A stretch of DNA of 63,868 nt, filler included, from Nemertoderma westbladi (lineage: Eukaryota > Animalia > Xenacoelomorpha), in assembly GCA_032718475.1 (NCBI GenBank). It is 3 parts of 3 records of this genome, joined end to end, with 100 filler letters (N's around TTAATTAATTAA, not from the genome) between each part and the next. Parts side by side here need not be neighbours in the genome. Positions count along the whole stretch, not along the records: positions 1 to 27,426 come from JAUCBJ010001013.1; 2 more parts are not named here. The stretch is one strand, 5' to 3'. Under the pieces are notes generated by a model. It searched no databases. It was not told where the DNA came from and saw only the letters and a list, made by a program, of their open reading frames with translations. This document shows, one piece after another, positions 1 to 10,670 of this stretch. The position numbers and the translations under genes are program-made. Numbering within the stretch: position 1 is the stretch's first letter; each line of letters begins with the position of its first letter.

Positions 1-1306
1 CTGCCGCTGCCTCTGCCGCTTTTGCCTCTGCCGCTGCCTCTGCCGCTTTTGCCTTGGCCGCTACCTCTGCCGCCTTTGCCTTGGCTGCTGCCGCCTTTCT
101 TTCTGCTTCTGCAGCTACCACTGCTGCTTTCTTTCTGTCTTCTATACGTTTTTTCTTTACTTGTTCTTCTTGAACTCGTGTGATGCGGAGTTGTTCATCG
201 AATTTAGCCTGATTCGCAGCCCTCATTTCCACATCGATGGCATCCAACACAAGCTTGGTTCCTTCACTATTAGGGCTAAGTCCCTCTAACCTTCTCCTCA
301 ACTCGTCATCACCTAAAAAACGTTGATAGTCTGACAGATAGATGTCAATGGCATCCCTCTTATGCGGTTTCTCTGCCGTCGCTTCACTTTCCACTTGGGA
401 AGAAATAGCGTCCGTTGATTCTCCATGGGTTGAGCGCTCCTCCAATTGAGCTTTCCACTGAGCTGCTCCTTGAACCTGGTGACTCACCCTTTGAAACCAA
501 GTCTTTACGGCAACTTGCAACGACGTGTCTTGTTTTCTTTTAGAAGCCTCCTCAAAGGCGGATAAGATTAGCCTAATCCGCAAAACTCTTTCTCTAACTT
601 GATAAAGCAGCGATCCCTGCTCTTGAGGTCCTTGAGGTTGTTGAAACAGTTGTCTCTCTACTCGCTCCATAGAGCTGAAGAATCCCTGGGCGTATCCGGC
701 TGCGGACCTCTTCCATACAGCTGGATCGATGGTTTCCTTGGCTACTCCCATCCGGTGTATGTCTTCCCAGGCAGCTTCTGATAAATCAAACGGGAGTCCG
801 GGTCCGGGGAAGTTCCATTGCGACTCGACAATAGACTTCAGTTCTTCACTCGTGTATCCCGCGTAGCTATCTCTAGTTGACCGTTGACTTCTCGCCCAAT
901 CGATCTGGTGTTCTTCCACCGCGATCAATAACCCAGCGAGCACGGCTGCAGGAAGGATGAGAAGGGGATCCGTATAAACCGCATCCATCATCTCTGCTCC
1001 GCGCTCGGGTGTCAGCTCTACAGTATCCTCACTACTGGAGCTGCTGGGCCGCTGAGGAATAAGTTCTTGACTAGCGGGTTGTTGCTGTTCCGCTGCCTTT
1101 TGGTCCCGCTTGACCTGAGCTCGAGTGCCTATGATAGACCTACGATGTTGGACCAGCCTAGGTTCTGTTATTACTACTGGAGGGATGACCTTCCTCACAG
1201 TGGGAGGTGAACTGGATTTACGACCAGACAGTTGTACGTCTCTATCTGAGTCGCAGATAGTTACATCTAATAAACTGTCTGACAGGTTCTGCTTAGTATC
1301 AGACAT
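1..1306 (-). CDS. Long ORF (>=435 aa, runs off the window), probable gag-like/ORF1 of the putative LTR element; Ala/Glu/Lys-rich coiled-coil-like stretch at the window edge
   Basis: Manual translation from ATG at 1306 (MSDTKQNLSDSLLDVTICD...) finds no stop down to base 1, ending ...KAAEVAAKAKAAEAAAEAKAAEAAA. It is absent from the ORF track because no stop lies in the window. It sits downstream (minus sense) of the LTR-like repeat. Gag identity is inferred from position only. Confidence 0.7.
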   Translation of the reverse strand, partial: MSDTKQNLSDSLLDVTICDSDRDVQLSGRKSSSPPTVRKVIPPVVITEPRLVQHRRSIIGTRAQVKRDQKAAEQQQPASQELIPQRPSSSSSEDTVELTPERGAEMMDAVYTDPLLILPAAVLAGLLIAVEEHQIDWARSQRSTRDSYAGYTSEELKSIVESQWNFPGPGLPFDLSEAAWEDIHRMGVAKETIDPAVWKRSAAGYAQGFFSSMERVERQLFQQPQGPQEQGSLLYQVRERVLRIRLILSAFEEASKRKQDTSLQVAVKTWFQRVSHQVQGAAQWKAQLEERSTHGESTDAISSQVESEATAEKPHKRDAIDIYLSDYQRFLGDDELRRRLEGLSPNSEGTKLVLDAIDVEMRAANQAKFDEQLRITRVQEEQVKKKRIEDRKKAAVVAAEAERKAAAAKAKAAEVAAKAKAAEAAAEAKAAEAAA

Positions 1307-1394
1307 GACTATGTATACCGTTGAATGTCTACTGCTGTATTACAGTCTGAGTAAGTCTAGTAACTCAGTATTAACTGCTAGCCTAGTAATTAAT

Positions 1395-1690
1395 TACCGG
1401 TACTGCTACTCAGTGTAGCGTGATATATATATAATATATTAGAATACCGGTATACTTATAGTATATATAACTATATAAGTATTATTACAGACTAGGTTTA
1501 TCACAGAATACCGGTATAATTTTAGCACAAATATATATAAATATATAATAGGCCTATCGGAATACCGGTATACAGCTTACAGTTTGTAGTATATATAATT
1601 CTGGAATAGAATTAATTACAAGTACCGGTATAATTTCAGCCTAGATTTATAGAAATAAGATAATAGGCCTATCGTAAATACCGGTATATC
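1395..1690. repeat. Degenerate tandem repeat with recurring TACCGGTA palindromes in the retroelement leader
   Basis: TACCGGTA recurs about every 50-65 bp. A ~115-bp dimer period is visible (ataataggcctatcg near 1546 and 1660). Confidence 0.6.
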
Positions 1691-3378
1691 AATTATTTTA
1701 GAATAATTGAATTTCTGAACTTTAGGGTTACTTGGTTACTTTAACTTACTTTATTACCGTTATTTAAGCAGTAATCCAACTGATATTGAGACCTAATGGT
1801 TTTATGGTATGCCTACTATTTATAAATCGTTAGATTTGATTTATAATGTATTTATACCCGTTTTAATGGGTTTAGTCAATGTTTGAAATAAATGTTATTA
1901 TTTCTGGGGTAATCACTACACAAAGCGGTGCGCTTTTAGTGAAGTGTTACGTATAGGACACTAAAACAAATAATTCTAATTTACCTAAGTTACTTAATAC
2001 TACAAATTACGTACAATTCGGGTGAGATTACAATCTCTAAATAAACACAAAAATTTACAAAAACACAAAATACGAATTTTTAGGGTAATTTTACAAGAAG
2101 TCTACTAACCAGCCTAACAAAGGGTTAGAAATCTGGTTATTACAACGGACAGGGTACTACGGTATTTGAAATAATAAGTAGTAGTAAATACACTGCGTTG
2201 TCTAGATAGGAAAATACCACCGCCTGACGACCTATAGCCGTATCGCTATAGGTTCTACGTTATGTATCACGGAGTGTTCCTACCTAGAAGTTAATAGAGC
2301 TAATCGAATGTGCCTATCAACCACTTTACAACACAAATATAATGTCTACAATAATTACTTCGGAAAGTACTGTACACTAAACCCTAAATTAGGTACGAGT
2401 ACTTATATAACAGATAATCAGTAGTTAAATATACTTGAACAGCTAAAAGAACCACGGCATCTGCTGGAGTGACCGATGCACAAAATCACCAGTCTTTACC
2501 TACGCCGAGCAGCCCGTGTAGTACCGGGGTTAATTTAACTATAACGGTATGTATAACAAACACAATTACTGTAGGAACAAACTTGGGGAATGAATGTTGC
2601 GAATAATCGCATAAACTCTGAATAATAAATATTACGCTACGCGTACAAACTACCATAGCCTCTTTTAAGAATTTTTTACTGGGCGGCACAGTCACTCGCC
2701 ATGGCAAATTGTATGAGTGGGGGGGGGGGGGGTGAATTTGATACACATTTTTAATGTGTGTGAACGAAAAACTATTAAGCATACTGTAATATATTGTTTA
2801 TTGACAATAATGGATATAATTTCTATAAGAAGCAACAACTAATTTTACAAAACTTAATTAAATCATTAATTATTTTACATAAATATTAAATTATAATAGA
2901 AAATGTGGCACCTATACCGGAAATTCAGAGGTGGTTAAAACAGGTTTGAGAACAAAATTAATAATTATACAATTATTTCCGAATATTTTTAACAATAAGG
3001 CCAGCTAGAAAGAAAATAATAACATTAGATTACATTACACTAAAAATTAAATGAAACCAATAATAATTCAATTTATTGCATCATAAAATATAGCCATTTA
3101 TATTTCAATATAATAGATGTAACATTAAATATACATTAATTCAATTACATGTACATACTGTATTACATTTACAATTTATATTTAATAGGTGAGAAAATGC
3201 CATACACAGCCCAATCAAAAATTAATTAATTATCTATAAGGTAAGAAATAAAATTTAATAATTATATACTATTTGAAAAAACTGCTTTCTCTCTAAAAGT
3301 TTTACAAATTTATTAGTGAAATAAAGGAACTTGTTTTCATTAAATTGCAAAATTATTGAAAATAAGTGTCTGATACCA

Positions 3379-3803
3379 TTTGAAGGAAAGGAGCAGATTA
3401 CAGAGGCTGCCGGCTTTTCTAACCAAAACAATAAACGATATTTCGATAACGGAACAAGCTATGAACAAACAGACTTCAGATTTGGAATTCTGATGAAATG
3501 TTGCTCTAGATGAAATGAAAAAAAAATCGGTATTAAGGATCGGGAGATTAAAATCGGTAGTAAGGTTATTAATGTGTAGAAAATAGGAGGTACCTGTAGT
3601 ATGCACCAAATTTATTTGAGCCGGAAATTGTAATATTATAAAGCCAGATAGGGGGTAGATGCAATAAAAATTCATCCCTCTCCAGGGGAAATTCGACGCA
3701 AATAACAGCTGATTACTCTCAAAAATAAAACTGTAAACTGTTTTGTTTAGTTTATTGTTTTGGTTAAAATAACATGCCACTGTAACCTGCTCCTTTCCCT
3801 AAA
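3379..3803. mobile_element. MITE with ~60-bp imperfect TIRs, nested in the hAT element
   Basis: tttgaaggaaaggagcagattacagagg...aaccaaaacaataaac pairs with gtttattgttttggttaa...ctgtaacctgctcctttccctaaa. Related ends occur at ~4118-4165, 12725-12780, 15354-15384 and 33230-33290. Confidence 0.65.
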
Positions 3804-4592
3804 TTGATAATTTAACTGAGGCGGGATATTATTTCGCCAAGATGGGATTTGCGTCCACTTCCCCTGTCTATATAAAGCTGTAAAAGTGCTAGATTATAAG
3901 ACTTGAATTTAATCTTAATAATAATTATTTCTTTAATAAATAATTAAATTATTGTCGGCCAAAATATACTCGCCCATGTGAAGAATTCCAGGATTTCACT
4001 TTTCGGTCGACTTTTTATTGGAATTTTATATATGAAGATTTTTTATTTTTTTTAATTTATCTTTATTAAGTGTTTTATAGCGCTAATTTCTGTCTTATAA
4101 GCTGTACATAAACTAATTCGTTTATTGTTTTGGTTAGATTCAACCCGTCTGTAACCTGTGTTTTTTTGTGAAAACCTGATATTCTTCACATGGGGGTAAC
4201 TGCAAAGAGAAATATAACGGCAGAAAGTATTCTTCACATGGGCCTAAATATACTTATTAAAAATAATATAATTAAATTTATAAGAAAAATAATATCAGTA
4301 TCATAAATAAATAAATAAATATACAGTATCATAAAAATCATTATTAAAACTTAATAAATTATTATTAATAAAATAATAATAGTATTATTATAATTATATC
4401 AAATTATTAATAAATGTACATAGACGAACCCCAATTAAGTAGTTAAACACTTAATTTTCAAAACCAATTTATTACATAATAAAGCAATGATGCAATGTAA
4501 GCCCTGCCGTCTCGGGGTAGTTTATAATGACTTATAAACTTCTAAATCTCTCCTGAATACTAATAGTAACATATACTGAAAACTGACTACTC

Positions 4593-5250
4593 TTAACAGG
4601 GGTAGGGCGTTAAAGGTGCCAGACACGTTCGTGGGGACTTCGCGCAGCACGTAGTCGGCAAGCCTTGGCATACGGTTCATATAGAGCAAATGGGGCATGT
4701 CTAGTTTGGACCCCATATCCCATGCTATAAATGTATTCATTCGATATACAATCATATGTTAATCCGCTAGGTGGTGTCAAATTGTTATTCTGCAATTTCG
4801 TACTTACCAGTGCAGCACTGTACAGCAGTACCGTACCGGTAGGCCTATGTCATTACTTCTGAGTCTCTAGCGGATCCCCAATTAAATGTCTTAACTTTTC
4901 AATTTCGTAAAAGATAGACTTCATGATTCTCTACAGGCCACCAAAATTTCAGCTCAGGAAAATGAGGCCTTCCCGAGAAATTTAACATTTTCTAAAAACC
5001 ACATAATCTGTCGTAGCTGACGTCAGACTGCATGATTTTTCACCAAACTTTACAAACTTTCTAAACTTTCTCTCTACTACTTACCTACTAAGTTTGGTTC
5101 AATTCCGAACGAGCGATGCCGAGAAATTCGCGTTCAAACATTTACCAGACAGACAGACGGACAGACAGACAGACGGACATGCCCCATTTGCCCTATATGA
5201 ACCGTATGCAAAGGCTCGCCGACTACGTGTCTCGCCCCACAGGTAAGTAT
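4593..5250 (-). mobile_element. Helentron-associated (HINE/DINE-1-like) non-autonomous element
   Basis: 54-bp inverted repeat (4648-4701 vs 5176-5229), adjacent (GACA/GACG)n microsatellite at 5146-5178, short GTGGGG/CCCCAC subterminal IR, and terminal hairpin TTAACaggggtagggcGTTAA (4593-4613). This matches the DINE-1/HINE layout. Confidence 0.6.
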
Positions 5251-5733
5251 GGTAGCAAGCAGCCTTGGAAGTTGGAACTATCCAATATCCATCTGAGGCA
5301 CCAATTAACTGCAGTAAGCCTATCAGGAATCTATAGACATCTACACAATGATTGGACCAAAGGCGCGACCTTTACTAACATTAGTAAAGGTCGCATTGGG
5401 TTGGACACTGACTCATCCCTCCACTACTACTACTACTACTGTACTATGGCTATCACCCATTGAAGTCTCTGTGCTGTCAATCACTTATTCCTTTAGAAGT
5501 TTATTTAGGTACTTTACTGGGATTGATACATATTCGATTGGTCGCTGGCTGAGGCTAGTCCAGATTTAATATATTAGGAAGGCACTCTGGCTGTGACTGG
5601 GCGGCAAATTGATTCAACTGGGCGGCACTTGTGCCGCCTAGTGGCAAAGTTAAACGAGGCTATGCAAACTACTCAAACAAAATGCAGACCAAACACTGAC
5701 AGACTACTATCAAGCCTAAACAAACTACGGTAT

Positions 5734-6144
5734 ATGCAGACTCCGAAATGATTAGGGAGTATGCGCTCTAACCCAGTAGTGCGACTTATTCTTTAGTTGG
5801 GGGTTTACCTTACAGCGTTCGCTGCCCCTACTGCCTAACCGTACTTAATCGGACAGATGATCTACACACGCGGCAATCCGTTCAGACCTAATAACAGCCA
5901 GACAACTATCCAGCCTACAAATTATCTAAATAAAATTATACGCTACCCGTACAGACTTACACAAACAAAGTACAGACCTAACGATGGCAGACTACTCTCA
6001 AGCCTAAATAAACTACAGGACATGCAGACTCCGAAATGATTAGGGAGTATGCGCTCTAACCCAGTAGTGCGACTTATTCTTTAGTTGGGGGTTTACCTTA
6101 CAGCGTTCGCTGCCCCTACTGCCTAATCGTACTTAATCGGACAG
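5734..6144 (-). repeat. 288-bp tandem unit with a near-invariant ~123-bp core (5734-5856, 6022-6144)
   Basis: The two cores differ at one position while the spacer parts of the unit are clearly diverged. A third core lies at 27679-27801. Confidence 0.85.
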
Positions 6145-7988
6145 GTGATCTACACACACTGCAACTCGTTCGGACTTAACAGCAATCAGACAACAGCTCA
6201 GCCTACAAATCGTCTGTACAATCTGATCAGGCTTACACGCCTTCTGTTCAATATTGGCCTACAAACAAATAAAACTTGACAGAAATAAGTAAAAATCTCA
6301 ATAAAAAACCAGGGCTGCAGTCCCTGATTAATTATTAAGGCCTACTGGTATATAATAATCAAAATCGAATAATACTGCTGTAGGTACCGGTCCGGATGAT
6401 CAGGCAGTCAGGCCTACTGGTTACCGGTCGACCGGTACTTTCGACTTTATTGCTTACTGCAATAAAGAAGCCATATCCTTTAATGTTCGCGCTTTCAGAC
6501 CTTTGGCAGTTTAACCCGCCAAATTAAGATGTCTTCTAGATATTAAATCGCTTTTTAGTCTATGACAAGTATTTGATTCACTACACTAGTCGAAACCAAT
6601 CCGTGCGCGACCATTCACCCGCTGGATATTCCCGGGAGATTGGGTTCGACGGTTTAATTTTATTGCTATGTAAGCCTAATGTATTATTCGACTGACAGTA
6701 TTATATAATCTCTGACAATATTATTCACCTTCGGGAATGTTAACAGTTCCTTTAGGACGTGGCGCTTTATCTATATAAACAGAGTTATGACTTAAACTAC
6801 TCACAACGATATGGCTTAATTATAATTCACATATATGGCGCATTCTTTAGGAATTGCTTCTTTAACAGACTCGCTCATACGCAATGCTGCACAATACTGC
6901 ACACTAATCTGCCGATCTTCACTGATTTTAGTCACATATAAAAGGAACACAGACTGACTCATGTAGGGTCTATCAAATAACATTAGATTCACTTCAAACC
7001 ACTTTAACATAAGTCACAATCGTTTATCTGTAACCTTTCTCTCTTACCTTCGGTATATCAAGAATATTGGGTTTCGGGGTTATTTCTCGTTATTCCAATA
7101 TAATAATTCATCAACCATATTATGAAGAACTGACAGTATAATAGCAGTATAAAACAACAACTGAACACTGATTGTTATGAGTTTGCAATGTTTCAGCAGT
7201 CAGTATGTATGATCAGTTAGCAGTGATTCCATGAGTTTGATCGGTATGTCAGTTAAAGGATATATGCCCTTTATAATTAAACCTACTAGTGTAAGACTAA
7301 AAACTGAAAACACGGAGGTGCCAAAAGCCGGTTCTTAGGCTCTGGGCAAAAACATAACACTGAACTACTGAGTTTCTGTATATACCTCCAACACAAAGAC
7401 AACAAACGCTCTGATTGGTCAACCTGAACAACGAGAGAACAGAGAAACAAAGAAACGTCGACGTGGCAATATCAGCTGCTAGCCGTCGTCATGGTAGCGA
7501 CACTGTTTTCAAGAGTATCGAGCTTTTACGTCACGGAATTACGGATTATGTCCTCTAAAGTACAAATACAGAAGAAATAGCTCTTATGTCCGCTAAAACA
7601 CCAGTACAGCAAGGACACGGCCTTTTTATGCCTGGTAAACCAACTACAGAGTACTTTACGGGAAAAATAAGGAAAAATAACCGGACAATTCAGTAAAAGC
7701 TTTTACAAATTATGTGTTCGGTGTACCTAGACCACAATCATGTATAGGCGCCTTATAAATTTCCTATTTTATTAATTTATTATAAAGTGTTTACTTTTAA
7801 TAGTAAATATTTACAGAAATATCCTCTTATTAATTGCATAAAATAGTAATAATTATTATTATTTTTATGCAATTAATAGTGTATAAGTGTATATAGTGTA
7901 TAGTAATTTTGGTTCAATTCGTATTAATACGATTTGAACCAAAATTATTGTGATTGCGACTTTGTGTTTTGTCAATTTCATTATTAAC

Positions 7989-9468
7989 ACCGCTTCCTCG
8001 GGGGGTTTATTGGTGGGACGGACGACCAGAAGACGTTTGTAGGGGCGAAGGTAGCAGCGTGGGTCACTTCTGTCGATAAACTGTCTGAGATGGCTGAGAC
8101 CCAGCCGCAGGCTGCATTCGCAGCGATGGCCTGTTCTCTGCAAAGAGAATGGGCATATCTCCAGCGCGTCACACCTAACTGTAGCCTTGAGTTTGAGGAC
8201 CTGGAGCGCGCCATCGCGGAGAAGTTCCTCCCAGCCGTTCTCAATGGAGATGTGTCAGTGAAGGAACGTAGCTTGTTTGCCCTGTCCCCTCGCACTGGCG
8301 GCATGGGCCTACGCAACCCCGTCGCAGAGGCCGCCATTTCCTACAGGGTGTCACAAAGTGGAACGCGAGCCCTATCACGGGCAATCCTGGGCGACGACGA
8401 ATTCTCTCTGGCGGGACATCTAGAATGCCTCCAATATGCGAGGAAGGCTGGGCGGGTAGAACAGCTGGCCCGCGAGGAATACCAGTATAAGGAAGAGCAA
8501 GGAGAAGGAAGGAGATGCCTAAAGACCGGCGAAGGACTATCCAACGAGCTGCGGACTACCGCTCGGGTGGGTGGATCTCCTCCCTCCCGATATCGGAACA
8601 CCAGCTGGATCTTTCGCCCCAGGAGTTCAGGGACGCGCTGGCCATCCGGTATGGCCGTCCCTTAGCATCGGTTCCAAGCCGCTGTGACGGATGCGGGGCT
8701 GCCTTCGACATTAACCATGGGTTAAATTGTAAGAAAGGCGGCCTCGTAATACAGAGGCATAATGAGCTGCGGGACCTCGTGGGGAACATCGCGGCACAGG
8801 CGTTCGGCTCACGCAACGTGGTGTTGGAACCCATCGTCCGGGAACAGGCGGGGATTGAGGACAAGGTGGTGCTACGGTGCGACATCGGGATTCGGGGCGC
8901 GTTTAAGAGTCAGACCCAGGCGTTGATTGATATAAAGGTAATGAACCTTGACGCCGGGTCTTACTCAAGCCGCGCCCCAATGAGTGTTCTCGAGTCCGCT
9001 GAGGATGCTAAGAAGCGGATCTATGCCGACGCCGTTTCTGATCGTCGTGGCAACTTCTCCCCGTTTGTCGCCTCGTGCGATGGGATCGTGGCTCCACAGG
9101 CCAACAAACTGCTCCGGACCTTTGCGGAGAGGCTGCATCGCGCGTGGGGGAAACCCTACAGTGTGGTAATGGGCTGGATCCGGACCCGAGTCCAACTCGC
9201 CATTATCCGCGGGGCTTCCCACTGCCTCCGTGGATCCCGGGTGAATTGGCGCAGCGGACTGGGCCTGGAGGACGGCGCAGGGCTGCCCTCAATGGCCTAT
9301 TACTAGGCAACCAGCAACCGCCCCTTCAAGTAATAAAACATTTTAATATACATCAAATACTAAATACTTGATTAACAAAGTATAGTTTTTTAATTGTTTT
9401 GTGTTTGTGTTTGTATTCGTATTTTGTGATCTCGTCTCGTGCCTAATATTTGTTTTTTTCTATTAAAA
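7989..9468 (+). mobile_element. 5'-truncated non-LTR retrotransposon with restriction-like endonuclease (CRE-clade-like)
   Basis: Starts in RT domain 7 (RFLGGFIG...KVAAW...PQAAFAA). Zinc knuckle CDGCG..H...C, RHNELRD, and PD-(D/E)xK-like RCDI...IDIKV...KKRIY motifs follow. Frameshift near 8490-8515, stop at 9306. 15-bp TSD AATTTCATTATTAAC at 7974-7988 and 9469-9483. Confidence 0.85.
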
Positions 9469-9814
9469 AATTTCATTATTAACTAGATGTTTAATATTGA
9501 ACTCAATTTCGGAAATTAATACATTTTAAATTTTAAATCTTTCACAATTTAATAGCTCCTGCTATTTTGCCAGTTTATACACATTCTGAATCTGAAAACA
9601 CAAAGGAAAACAAAAGTAGAGTAAACACTAGAAACAAGTGGTTCCTGATTAGCGGTGTTGAGGTGGTTCGTTGTCTTGGATCTCATTTATCCAGCTTTCT
9701 AACGGTATGTTGGTTTACTGGATATGTTCCTGGGTTGGAATTTTATAACTGTTTGTTCTACTAGCACTTTGGACCCCGGACATTGAAAATGTAATTTTTT
9801 GGCCAAAGTAAATT

Positions 9815-10066
9815 TTCTTCGGCCGCTAGGCCAGGGATTGCGCACAAAGTCTGGCGACTTATTTCCAGTGCGGTACCCCCAGAACTTTACTCCCCAGAGG
9901 AAACTCCAGTACTCATTTAGCTACCACTAAAGGATGCAAGGCAGAGATGCGCCCTGGCTGGTCCCTTTAAAACATTCGTGCCGAAACGAAAACTGCCCTG
10001 GTCCATGTGAGGATCGAACCCAAGACTTGCAGGAGATGTGAATTCAATGCGACCACTACACCAAGG
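9815..10066 (-). mobile_element. tRNA-derived SINE
   Basis: Minus strand has A box TGGTGTAGTGG, B box GGTTCGATCC, and a central GCCTTGCATCCTTTAGTGGTAGCTAAATGAGTAC segment resembling Deu/Nin-type SINE domains. A partial copy lies at 48160-48271. Confidence 0.75.
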
Positions 10067-10670
10067 TGGAACAATATTATAGGCCATATTATGTTCTGCT
10101 ACGGGAAGACATATACGCTTTTTAGCAGCTTTCATTGAAGCCATCAACCATTTGTAGAACCGCCATAAACATAAGTTATGACTTCGGACACCCGTTTGGC
10201 CAATTGGTGAGAATGGCCCTTACGTGATTAAATCATAATAATATTAATAATCATATTAATAACTCAATAATAATAACTTATTCACAAGATTTCTGAATCT
10301 GAATTTATATCTGAAATTCATATTAGTATACCATAATATACATATTATATATTCATATATAAATATATTAATTATACATGAATGTATTATAAATACTAGC
10401 TATTTATTGTTATTGAGTATGATAAAACACTTTATTTTGCAGCGATTCAGTCAGACTGCAGTAGATATTATATTAAAAATGTTGCAGAAATTATATTAAA
10501 AACCTCTGTTAAATGAAATACGTCTTGAATCATTTGAAAAAAAAATCATTACTCCTGGGTGGACATTACTCCTATAAAGAGGGCAGGGCAAATAGCTTTT
10601 TTAAATTTCGGATGAATATGGCCGAAATAAAATTAAAAATACCGATCCCGATTCCGTTGCAACACTAATG

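Larger units (their letters stand above)
2654..5664. mobile_element. Non-autonomous hAT-type DNA transposon
   Basis: Imperfect TIRs CATAGCCTCtTTTAA... / ...TTAAAcGAGGCTATG, perfect 8-bp TSD CAAACTAC (2646-2653, 5665-5672), subterminal GGGCGGCA repeats. Removing it rejoins a copy of the host 288-bp repeat unit. Confidence 0.85.
1..7707 (-). mobile_element. Putative LTR retrotransposon, 5' part (long LTR/leader plus ORF1), interrupted by a hAT element
   Basis: 5870-7707 is repeated at 27527-29378. Similarity ends abruptly at a minus-strand 5'-TGTAAAAGC start, a canonical TG LTR terminus, with different flanks beyond. A long minus-strand ORF follows. The LTR 3' end and PBS were not resolved. 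Confidence 0.6.

Noticed and set aside
2224-2260. Hammerhead-like CTGACGA followed by the stem CCTATAGC/GCTATAGG
   Set aside because: The required GAAA after stem II is absent (TTCT follows), and stems I/III were not found.
2536-2548. TAACTATAACGGT, matching part of the LSU rRNA / I-CeuI site
   Set aside because: Only 13 bp with no flanking rRNA similarity. Probably chance.
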